A stretch of DNA of 25,039 nucleotides, from positions 1 through 25,039 of the IMG/VR virus record IMGVR_UViG_3300033475_001786. One strand, written 5' to 3'. Source of the DNA: a virus. Its lineage: Duplodnaviria; Caudoviricetes. The notes beneath the pieces are model-generated. The model had not been told where the DNA came from. It ran no database searches and saw nothing but the letters and a program-made list of their open reading frames with translations. Positions 16,508 through 24,610 of the stretch are shown piece by piece; positions within the stretch are counted from its first letter, which is position 1; the number at the start of each line of letters is the position of its first letter. Both the position numbers and the translations under genes were made by a program.

Positions 16508-18577
16508 TTATCCCAGCTTCACCAATTCCACTTTGCATGGCTGGCCCTTCCGCCAGGCGTCGATCTTGTTAATATAGTAATATGCACCATCTTGCTGCAG
16601 GTATACGGGTATCATCAAATCCAGTTCTAAAATGTCGCGGGGTGCCAGCATAATATATCTGATCACCTTTTTGGTTTGTTTTAATACTTTTTCCAGTTCG
16701 GGATAATACTTTGTTTTTAGACCGGGTAGTTTCTGACCGTTTGCAGACCGCATGTCGCCAAAACACAAATTGAATTCGCCATCAGGTTTGTAAAAGTAAG
16801 GAGTGGATATCCAGTCGTTGACAACGATGTTATTTGCCTGGTTGCCATCGGTAAATGTTACGGATTTGCCGATGCTCATCAGGTTGAATTTCTGATCGAC
16901 CAGGATGCGCGGTTGAGTACTTAATGAAAAATCGTTCTCATCGCTTTTGGGGTCCTTCTTCAGTATCTGGCCTATTGAACCGCCATAAAATGGCCTGTTC
17001 AGCGTGGCGGCAAACTGGCTTTGGAACAGATCGGTCGAAGCGGGTAACGTGGTATCACCAATGCTGATCTGCGAATCGGCAAAGCCTTTTGGCAGTACAC
17101 CATCATCATCCTTATACTTCATATTGTTGACCTGGGCGTAGTTTCCCAATTTAAAGGATACCTGTTTGCCCTGGTCGACACATTTGGCTGTCCAGTCTTT
17201 GGCTAATGGGATATTATTAACTATGTCACGTAACGAATTGAAATGTATTGTGCGGTTGGCGTTATCGGTTTGGCAGATAACTCCGAACTTTTGCAAAATG
17301 TCTTTTAGCAGGTCCTTTTGTGAAATATCCGGAAAAATACGTTCGCACTGAATTTGTTGCCCGTATTGCACGCCCTGGGCCTTATTTTGAATGTTGAATG
17401 TAGCACCGCTGTGCAGGGTAAATGTAGCGCCGGTGTAGCCCAAAAATTCGTAGGTTATCCGGATTCCCTGACCCGGCTGCAGAACCTGGTCGAATGAAAC
17501 CGTTTGATTATTGAGAACGATGGTGGTTAAATTGCCCCGATCGGCATAGTCGACTATTGTTTCGGCAAGCTTCTCGCCTTCAGAATCGGACATTCCGGTG
17601 TTGTTATATAAACGTATCTGTATGGCTATTTTAGACGAATAGTCATGACTTCGGGATGGATTTGTGGCCGATAAAGAAATTCCGAAAGCAACAGAAGCTG
17701 TTACACTGGTGATTTCGGAAACAAAGTATCCGTTATGAGCGGCATCGTAATAATGGCTGGTATCTGAAACGATAAGGCTGAAGGGGATAGCGCCAATATT
17801 GTTAGCTGTAGTTGGGTGCGACCTGCTGAAATTCTGCCCGGTTTGTACCGTTACACTTTTATAGGTTACGTTGTTTTGAACATCCGTGCCGTGGTCGAAC
17901 GAATCATTAGCGAACTGGCATATTAGTTTGGGATATATGGGGTCCTGTAACAGTGAACCCGATCCTTTGTATCCGGCGGATTTAAGCAGCAGGCCGATTG
18001 CTGTTTTTATAAAAAAGCCAGGGCGCTGATACTGCACATCGATAGGCGTGGCATAATCAGAGTTGCTGATGAGGCCATAATCAACTACCGGCCATATCCA
18101 GCCATCGGTTTTTGTTTGGGATGTTGCCATGTTATGCACATTCCATATATGGTCGTAAGGCTGCCAGGCCAGTGTTTTGCCATAATTTGTCCATTGACTG
18201 GTGCTATCGCCCATATCGTACAATTTGCCATCAATAGCGTCGAAAAAATCGACATTGCCGGATAACAGAGTAATGTTTGCATTATTCTGTTCGATATTGG
18301 TGAGTTCGGCCAGGCCATAAGGAATGATCTCTAAACCGTCTTGTATTAATTTGGCCGGGTATTGTTGATAAGGGGCGTCAGTTGTGAAAGCAATGTCGTC
18401 TGGAAAACCCAATATTCGCCTGTTACGCTGAGTTAGCGGTAATTTGAACTGGTTACTGGTGTTGCCCTGCTGATTTTGTACCTCGGCCAGGTTGTTGATC
18501 TGGAAGGTTAGCGCGATAGGGGCATCGTCGTTCAGGTCGACGAGCTGATCGTTGATATATAGTTGGAGTTGGTTCAT
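16508..18577 (-). CDS. Putative tail tip/baseplate hub protein
   Basis: 689 aa; N-terminal LYINDQLVDL...QGNTSNQFKLPLT..N and C-terminal PVYLQQDGAYYYINKI...KVELVKL resemble Bacteroidota siphovirus tail proteins. Confidence 0.7.
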   Translation of the reverse strand: MNQLQLYINDQLVDLNDDAPIALTFQINNLAEVQNQQGNTSNQFKLPLTQRNRRILGFPDDIAFTTDAPYQQYPAKLIQDGLEIIPYGLAELTNIEQNNANITLLSGNVDFFDAIDGKLYDMGDSTSQWTNYGKTLAWQPYDHIWNVHNMATSQTKTDGWIWPVVDYGLISNSDYATPIDVQYQRPGFFIKTAIGLLLKSAGYKGSGSLLQDPIYPKLICQFANDSFDHGTDVQNNVTYKSVTVQTGQNFSRSHPTTANNIGAIPFSLIVSDTSHYYDAAHNGYFVSEITSVTASVAFGISLSATNPSRSHDYSSKIAIQIRLYNNTGMSDSEGEKLAETIVDYADRGNLTTIVLNNQTVSFDQVLQPGQGIRITYEFLGYTGATFTLHSGATFNIQNKAQGVQYGQQIQCERIFPDISQKDLLKDILQKFGVICQTDNANRTIHFNSLRDIVNNIPLAKDWTAKCVDQGKQVSFKLGNYAQVNNMKYKDDDGVLPKGFADSQISIGDTTLPASTDLFQSQFAATLNRPFYGGSIGQILKKDPKSDENDFSLSTQPRILVDQKFNLMSIGKSVTFTDGNQANNIVVNDWISTPYFYKPDGEFNLCFGDMRSANGQKLPGLKTKYYPELEKVLKQTKKVIRYIMLAPRDILELDLMIPVYLQQDGAYYYINKIDAWRKGQPCKVELVKLG

Positions 18578-18653
18578 GGTTCGTCATTGGTTCATTGGTC
18601 ATTAGCATCAGCGGGCAAAAACTTATGATGCCAATTAGTTGGACCTATAAAAA

Positions 18654-20729
18654 TCACTGCGTTTGTATATTGATGGATGGCATATTGAAAGTAATGCTGA
18701 AAGGTGCTTGCCCGTTTAACGTTTCGTACTCGCTATAGGTGGCTGTGTTGATGACGATGGTTTGCCATTTTACCGGATTTTTGTTGACGAGCATTTGAAC
18801 TTTGGGTGAGTACTTTATTGATTGCAGGCCTTTGATATCACTGACAGATAGGTCCTCGGCCATTACTTTTATTTTTTGCCCGGCATCTTTTCCTATTACT
18901 TCCTCAATGCCCTGTTGGCTTTCCCAGTCGGAAACGAAGTTTTTGATGATGGTGGCATTTTGTACATCGAGCGAAACTTCCTGGTTGTAAACAAAACGAT
19001 AGTAATTCCATGATCCGGTTAGTCCAATCCAGCGCAGGTAAACCGAATTTTCGTCTACAGCGTCATCAATGCGAATGGTTTGCGTTTGGGTAATGGCGTG
19101 GGCGATATCATCTTCATCGTTATATTTCAAGATAATTGTAAAGTAAAAAGCCTCTGGCGGAAATGACGAATTGATCAATAGCCTGTTAAGTCCAAGTTGT
19201 GCAGGCAGTGTGGTATCGGACTGTAGTTGCCCGGCGATAATAAATTTACTACCGTCCTGGTTGAGCAGCCACGATCCATCTTCGTTCAGTAAATCAGTTG
19301 ACTGTGCATCGCCGGTAAGCGGGTTCCGGTTAATATCCAGCGGGATGATCTCGCAATACACATCGCGGCCTAGCAGATATTCGCTATAAATAAACCCTAT
19401 GTCAAAGGGGTAACCGGCGGAAAGCGCGGGCTCTTCGAAATCGGTTATCCATTTTGCCAATGAGGAACCTTCCGTCACAGTACCAAACGGGACATAAGCT
19501 GCCAGGTTTCCGCCATATTTTTGTCCCAATTGTTTGGCTGCGTATACCACGTAGTACGGATCGGCAATAGTTATAAAATCGGATGTATATCCGTCTGTCG
19601 TACCATCGTCCCAGCCTTCGGCATATTGAATTTGGAAGCTTGCGCTTAAATTGCTGTCGCGATAATTGACCTGGGTATAGTCGCTGTCGTCTTTTGGTCG
19701 CAGCAGGCTTTGCAAAAAGTTCGAAAAGTCAGCCTTTACCAGGCCCGTATTGTCGGGCCGGTTGGTGGCGGTGATTGTTTGCTGCTGGCCAGAAAATGCA
19801 TCGTAATAGGTTATTTTGGTGGTGACCTTGTAATAAGGGCGGAGTCGGTTAATATTGATGAAGCCTGTGGCATCGCCGGTAAAAGCCGCATCGATCAGCA
19901 AACTATTGTTACCGGAAATACTGTTGACTTTAAAAATGCCCTGGTAGCCGCCAGCGTTTATATATACCATATCGCCCGGTGATAGGGTATAGCCAGTTGC
20001 CGGATCGGACAGGGCCGCATTGACCGATACGAGCGCCTTACCACTCGGGGTATCGGGCGAAACGTTGTTCACTTCAAAATCTTTGCGTTGATAAGTGAAG
20101 AAAATTGGATTAAAGGCCGCGTTCCATCTCGATATGTTTCCATTGCCAGGGTCAACGGATGGGTCCGACACCAGCAGATTGCTCAACACGGGAATAGTAA
20201 CTGAACGGGTAGCCGTGCAGCCTGCTGTATTGGCGTCTTTTACATCGAATTGATGCAACCCGCCGGTTAAGCCGCCAAATGTCGGCGATAACTGCCAGGT
20301 GGCGCCGGCATCGCTACTGTATTGAATGGGGAGGTAACTGGATGTGGCGGTAAGTGTCACTTGCGCATCGAGCGAGCCCGGTGATGATTCGGGCTTGTCT
20401 ACTGAAATATAATCCAGTACGAGGTCGCACCGGTTGACCGGCGGATCGGGGTCGGGAGCAGCTCTTACCGTGCCCGCCTGGAACTTAGTAAAAAAGAACG
20501 GGTCGCTGTCGCTCAATTCACCGTAATAAATTAATTGGGACTGACCGGCAATGCTGACGGAATTTTCGGTGACCGTTCCGTTGATATTCATATCATAGGC
20601 CACGGTAACGTTGTTGCCGTTGACAAGTTGACCGGTTGCAGCATCCCGGAGTTCAATAAAGACGGGGCCACTTACCTGTGTGCCGGTGACAGTTGCGGGG
20701 CCGTATGCTATTCTTGCTAAAATGGGCAT
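18654..20729 (-). CDS. Putative distal tail (Dit-like) structural protein with accessory domains
   Basis: 691 aa; C-terminal YLRWIGLTGSWNYYRF...SIKYSPKVQML motif; SprB-like repeat at about aa 101-180. Confidence 0.65.
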   Translation of the reverse strand: MPILARIAYGPATVTGTQVSGPVFIELRDAATGQLVNGNNVTVAYDMNINGTVTENSVSIAGQSQLIYYGELSDSDPFFFTKFQAGTVRAAPDPDPPVNRCDLVLDYISVDKPESSPGSLDAQVTLTATSSYLPIQYSSDAGATWQLSPTFGGLTGGLHQFDVKDANTAGCTATRSVTIPVLSNLLVSDPSVDPGNGNISRWNAAFNPIFFTYQRKDFEVNNVSPDTPSGKALVSVNAALSDPATGYTLSPGDMVYINAGGYQGIFKVNSISGNNSLLIDAAFTGDATGFININRLRPYYKVTTKITYYDAFSGQQQTITATNRPDNTGLVKADFSNFLQSLLRPKDDSDYTQVNYRDSNLSASFQIQYAEGWDDGTTDGYTSDFITIADPYYVVYAAKQLGQKYGGNLAAYVPFGTVTEGSSLAKWITDFEEPALSAGYPFDIGFIYSEYLLGRDVYCEIIPLDINRNPLTGDAQSTDLLNEDGSWLLNQDGSKFIIAGQLQSDTTLPAQLGLNRLLINSSFPPEAFYFTIILKYNDEDDIAHAITQTQTIRIDDAVDENSVYLRWIGLTGSWNYYRFVYNQEVSLDVQNATIIKNFVSDWESQQGIEEVIGKDAGQKIKVMAEDLSVSDIKGLQSIKYSPKVQMLVNKNPVKWQTIVINTATYSEYETLNGQAPFSITFNMPSINIQTQ

Positions 20730-20788
20730 TGGGTATATTTGTTAATTCTTTTGATTGGATTAGATTATGTTGGATCGGTTGTATTTAT

Positions 20789-21226
20789 TTAGTCAAGGTC
20801 AACTGCTTCTGCAATTAGTTGAGCGAGCGTATCGGCGATATTTTCGGCTACCGGCGTTAGACGCAGGTTGATGTTCTCGTCACTTAATGGTTCGGATAGT
20901 AAGCCGGGAACGCCTTTAAAGCCGTGTTTGTCGATTGACTTTTTAATGGCCCATGCTGCTTTGTTGGGAATACCTTTGGCCTGGCACCATTGTTTGATAC
21001 GTTCGATCATGGGTGGATCGCCTGTAGCGGCATTAGTGCCGGTTGGCCGGCGCCCCGTCTCCAAAGCTTCTATGTAAGCTGGCAGATTTAGTTGAGATCC
21101 ATTTCCATCACTCGTTATTGTAATCTGTTGCGAAGTTTGCCCTGTTGCATATCTCCCTTTTGCCTGCATGGCGTGGATGATGTCGGCTTTTAGAGATTCG
21201 AGAAGAGCGGTTAGGTCATTGGTCAT
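20789..21226 (-). CDS. Putative tail completion/neck protein (HK97 gp10-like)
   Basis: 145 aa; ATGQT...YIEALETGRRP...PPMIERIKQWCQAKGI...AWAIKKSIDKHG pattern. Confidence 0.6.
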   Translation of the reverse strand: MTNDLTALLESLKADIIHAMQAKGRYATGQTSQQITITSDGNGSQLNLPAYIEALETGRRPTGTNAATGDPPMIERIKQWCQAKGIPNKAAWAIKKSIDKHGFKGVPGLLSEPLSDENINLRLTPVAENIADTLAQLIAEAVDLD

Positions 21227-21279
21227 AGGGTATCTGGCATTAGGTTATTAGTATGTTGGCTTAAGGCTAACTACTATCT

Positions 21280-21726
21280 TTAAAAAGACTCATAGTACAT
21301 GGTAGATAAAGTAATGGTGAGGTTTACGCCCGTAGAGTTAACATCGAATTTGTTGTAAACAGGCAGGCATTTGGCCTTGTCGCCCGCTTTTATTTTGAAA
21401 TAACGGCCATCAGCTTCACGGTAGGTGGAGGCTTTGACGATGAATTCATTGGACATACGGAGTGCTTGATTTACATATATCTCATTATCAGAGGTATACT
21501 GATCGAAGTCTGTTTTGTACAGGAATTCCAGGTAAATTGAGAAACTATTGTCTACCGAACCGTTTATTTGCGGTGAAATCTCGATAGGCTGCAGGGGGTA
21601 CATAAAAACGCAAGGAAATGAGGCGTCGTCGGCAAGTTGGTTGATCTCGTTGACAGTACCGTAAATAAAGGTAGGTTGTTCGCTAAGCAATTGTGTTATT
21701 GCTTCAATTTGGTTACGGATGGGCAT
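21280..21726 (-). CDS. Putative tail terminator-like protein
   Basis: 148 aa, acidic, FPCVFM motif and C-terminal beta strand (TGVNLTITL); adjacent to the gp10-like gene. Positional inference. Confidence 0.5.
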   Translation of the reverse strand: MPIRNQIEAITQLLSEQPTFIYGTVNEINQLADDASFPCVFMYPLQPIEISPQINGSVDNSFSIYLEFLYKTDFDQYTSDNEIYVNQALRMSNEFIVKASTYREADGRYFKIKAGDKAKCLPVYNKFDVNSTGVNLTITLSTMYYESF

Positions 21727-21859
21727 GGGTGGTGATTAGTGATTTGTGACTGGTGATTAGTTGATTGGTTATCAGAGGTCGGGGTATTAAAAAGTGGTTT
21801 ATAGAAAAAACACTCCCGGCCCGGACATTTCAGGGTTATATAAAAAGCAACGAAAGAAA

Positions 21860-22120
21860 CTATTTCTGTGCGTTGAGCAAGTCGGTGTACCTGCGCTGGT
21901 ATTCGGCTTCGGTTTTATTTAACAGCAGTTTGGTGAACATGCGCTCGTAAGGCAGGTTTAGAATATCCGCCCATTTAGTCACATCGCCACCGGCGAGGGA
22001 ATTGACAGTGTTTATGTATTTAAACTTTTCAAACGCCTGGATACCTGCTTTTTTCTCCAGTACAGTCGGAACCGTTGCGAGAAGGCGATCTTCTGTTTCA
22101 ATAAGTTGGGATAAGAGGTA
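21860..22120 (-). CDS. -1 frame extension of the tail assembly chaperone (gpGT-like), absent from the ORF track
   Basis: Hand translation gives 86 open codons: YLLSQLIETEDRLLATVPTVLEKKAGIQAFEKFKYINTVNSLAGGDVTKWADILNLPYERMFTKLLLNKTEAEYQRRYTDLLNAQK, with TAG at 21860-21862. It starts at the slippery run and has no early ATG. Confidence 0.8.
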   Translation of the reverse strand, partial: YLLSQLIETEDRLLATVPTVLEKKAGIQAFEKFKYINTVNSLAGGDVTKWADILNLPYERMFTKLLLNKTEAEYQRRYTDLLNAQK

Positions 22121-22704
22121 AAAAAATGGCGGGCTATGGGCAGCGCCTCCGTGACCCTTAGTTTTTTTACTTCCTCACAAAATTCTTCGGCCTCGTATTC
22201 GTCATATCTTTTGCCGGTAACGCGGCAAAAGAAATAATGCGCCAGCACAGAGCAGCATGCTTTCAGCGAGGGTTGAAAATGTTCCCGCCAGTCTTCGTCG
22301 CCGTAAAGACTAATGTGCTCGTTTATTTCGTCGGCAATAATATCACGTGCAGCCAGGAATGCGCCTGCGGGCTCGACAGAAAGATTACGGATAACATTTA
22401 CAACTACCTTTTTCTGGTCGATAGTAAAGGTTATTCTTGACGGGATAAGATCGCTGTCATACAAATATTTTATCTGGTTGGATAATGCCATCACATAGTT
22501 GCCAAATACAAGGAAGTCTTCAAAGTTCCTTACAGAATTGAGTTCTTCCTTCGCCACGCCCGAAAGAATACTTATGGCATCCAGGTCGTCCAGATAATGC
22601 TTTTCCTGCATGGCCATCATTTGACCCAGTGTCAGTTCGTTGAGCACAGTAGGTATGCGCACCAATATTTTACCATCGGTGGTTTTGAGTGTTTTTTCTA
22701 TCAT
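22012..22704 (-). CDS. Putative tail assembly chaperone (gpG-like, zero-frame product)
   Basis: 230 aa; IPTVLNELTLGQ N-terminus; ALPIARHFF marks the slip site. Confidence 0.7.
   Translation of the reverse strand: MIEKTLKTTDGKILVRIPTVLNELTLGQMMAMQEKHYLDDLDAISILSGVAKEELNSVRNFEDFLVFGNYVMALSNQIKYLYDSDLIPSRITFTIDQKKVVVNVIRNLSVEPAGAFLAARDIIADEINEHISLYGDEDWREHFQPSLKACCSVLAHYFFCRVTGKRYDEYEAEEFCEEVKKLRVTEALPIARHFFTSYPNLLKQKIAFSQRFRLYWRKKQVSRRLKSLNT
22120..22126 (-). other. Slippery heptamer T TTT TTT for -1 ribosomal frameshifting
   Basis: Minus strand reads CGC CAT TTT TTT ACC, with X XXY YYZ correctly phased in the zero frame. Confidence 0.75.
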
Positions 22705-22705
22705 A

Positions 22706-22731
22706 AAGCCCCCTTCCCCAAAGGGAGGTTT
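22706..22731. repeat. Short C-rich/G-rich hairpin immediately upstream of the chaperone start codon
   Basis: aagcccccttccccaaagggaggttt: CCCCCT/AGGGAGG arms. Confidence 0.4.
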
Positions 22732-22753
22732 TAAAGTATAATGGTTTGTTTAG

Positions 22754-23980
22754 TTACGTGGTTAGCATGTCTTTGATCATGTTGCCTGCGGAAGACGGAG
22801 ATACAGACGGCAATATGGTTTTAGACCGACCCAAGTTACTGATTTTTAATTTATTTAATGCAATATATCGTAACGGATCAATTAAATGGTTGCAGGTATC
22901 AACTGGTTCGTTAATAACGCGGCCGGAGTGCTCGGTTTTCCATTTATACCTGCTTAATTCGTTGCGAAGATTAGTGCTTCCCCGGGTGATGTTCAGTTTG
23001 TATCTCCTTAGTATATCAATGGAGTTTTTTACGCTGTCGCGGCCCTTCCTGGCCGGCGATATATGCCAGCCCAGCCGCCTTAATTCTTCTATCGATTTCG
23101 GTTCAGCACTATCTGCTATGATATCTGCACTTTTTCTAAGTCCGGTTTCAGTAAGTTTCTTAGCAATATCGGTATTGGTAAGCCCTTTTTCATATAAAAG
23201 CTCGTTTATCCATAGTTCGCCATTTTGCTTATACACCTCTATGCAGCCTGTTTCGTCGTTGGAGAAACCAAAGTCAAGCCCCGCGGCGATAAACCTGGCG
23301 CCCGTGGGTATGGTTTCGCAAATGTGCCAGTTGTCAAATACCAGCCCCTTAACCCGGCCCGTCATGCCACGGGCATATACGCGCCAGCGCTTTTCATCTT
23401 TTTCTTTCAGCGATTCGATCTTGTCCCTTACCGTTTGCCCGATAAAAGGATTATGGCGATGATCAGAAATAATGAGCTGAACGCCCGGGCCGCCCAGCAA
23501 ATTGTCGTGTACCCAAAATGCTGAATTAGGGTTGTAATCGATGTATATCCGTTTCCTGGTGCGCAATGCCAGTTCGCTGTATATTTCCCAGTTTATACCA
23601 TTTGCTTCATTCACAAAAAGGTAGTCGCGTTTACCTGATTTGGCGTCCTGGGCGTCGGCGTAGCTTTTAAATTCGATTATGGTGCCGTTATAAAACTTAA
23701 ATATGCGATCGGATTTATTATAAGCCCGTATTTTTTTTGCCAGTTGAACCGAACCCGAATAAATGCCAAGCGCATCGCGCAGCACACCCGATTTAAGATG
23801 AGGGATATCCTGCCCGGTTATGGTGATCACCTGGTTGGATCGTTGAGCGGCCAGGCAAAAAAGTACCTGCAGAATAGCATAGGTTTTGCCCGAGTTGGTA
23901 CCACCCTGGTTAACAATAGTATGTGCGCCGGTATAATAGTTTTCGATAAATACTGCAGAGGCCTTCCATCCCAGGTGCAT
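22754..23980 (-). CDS. terL: Terminase large subunit, PBSX/SPP1-like family
   Basis: Walker A QGGTNSGKT, Walker B YLFVNEA, motif III IDYNP, nuclease GLDFGFSND, ADSAEPKSIEE and NHLIDPLRY all appear intact. Confidence 0.95.
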   Translation of the reverse strand: MHLGWKASAVFIENYYTGAHTIVNQGGTNSGKTYAILQVLFCLAAQRSNQVITITGQDIPHLKSGVLRDALGIYSGSVQLAKKIRAYNKSDRIFKFYNGTIIEFKSYADAQDAKSGKRDYLFVNEANGINWEIYSELALRTRKRIYIDYNPNSAFWVHDNLLGGPGVQLIISDHRHNPFIGQTVRDKIESLKEKDEKRWRVYARGMTGRVKGLVFDNWHICETIPTGARFIAAGLDFGFSNDETGCIEVYKQNGELWINELLYEKGLTNTDIAKKLTETGLRKSADIIADSAEPKSIEELRRLGWHISPARKGRDSVKNSIDILRRYKLNITRGSTNLRNELSRYKWKTEHSGRVINEPVDTCNHLIDPLRYIALNKLKISNLGRSKTILPSVSPSSAGNMIKDMLTT

Positions 23981-24035
23981 ATTGATTTTATTATTTGATT
24001 TAACTAATTTTATTACGCCAACAATCTTTAATTAG

Positions 24036-24605
24036 ATGATACGTAAATTTTATTTTCTATTCCTGGCAATATCAGTTCCGATCTGCATGGCTTCGTGCGG
24101 GAAGAATGCCACACCCGGCCCGTCGCAGACAAACCTTATTGTAGGCAAGTGGACTCTTCAACAAGAGAAATATGTGCAATTTATTGATGCGATTGAGCGA
24201 CAGAATGTTACGATAAATACATCGGCTAACAATGTAGCCACCGTGCAGTTCAACAAAGACGGCACCTTTGCCAGCGCGAGCGCTTATACATCAGATCCGT
24301 CAACAAACCTTGGTGCCGGGCTTACCAGTGAATCGGCAACTACGCATGGTACTTACAGCTTCAGTAATAACTCGTTTCAGATGTCGGCGCCCTATGTCAC
24401 CGGGTTGGCAGACGGGACAGCCGGTTCCTACGGTTTTACAGGCAATGTGGCTATTCCAACCTATGCTGCTGTATCAAACTCGGTAGTGATAAATGAGCTG
24501 ACAGCCAACAGCCTAAAATTACATATCGAAGTTGTTTATACGTTAACGACTAACAACGTAGTGCAGACCTATAAAACCATAGGCGATTATAGCTACAACA
24601 AGTAA
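24036..24605 (+). CDS. Lipocalin-like lipoprotein inserted between terS and terL
   Basis: Lipobox CMASC; LIVGKWTL, VQFNKDGTF, GTYSF and INELTANSLKL fit Bacteroidota lipocalin-like domains. Confidence 0.8.
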   Translation: MIRKFYFLFLAISVPICMASCGKNATPGPSQTNLIVGKWTLQQEKYVQFIDAIERQNVTINTSANNVATVQFNKDGTFASASAYTSDPSTNLGAGLTSESATTHGTYSFSNNSFQMSAPYVTGLADGTAGSYGFTGNVAIPTYAAVSNSVVINELTANSLKLHIEVVYTLTTNNVVQTYKTIGDYSYNK

Positions 24606-24610
24606 TTTTA

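Noticed and set aside
7993-21726. Contractile injection system, R-type or F-type tailocin
   Set aside because: No sheath or baseplate wedge genes are recognisable, and intact capsid, portal and terminase indicate a DNA-packaging particle.
21765-21950. 61-aa + strand ORF in the apparent gap
   Set aside because: The gap is better explained by the minus-strand -1 frameshift extension.
22746-23998. + strand ORFs of 238, 99 and 84 aa
   Set aside because: Antisense shadows of terL with no motifs.
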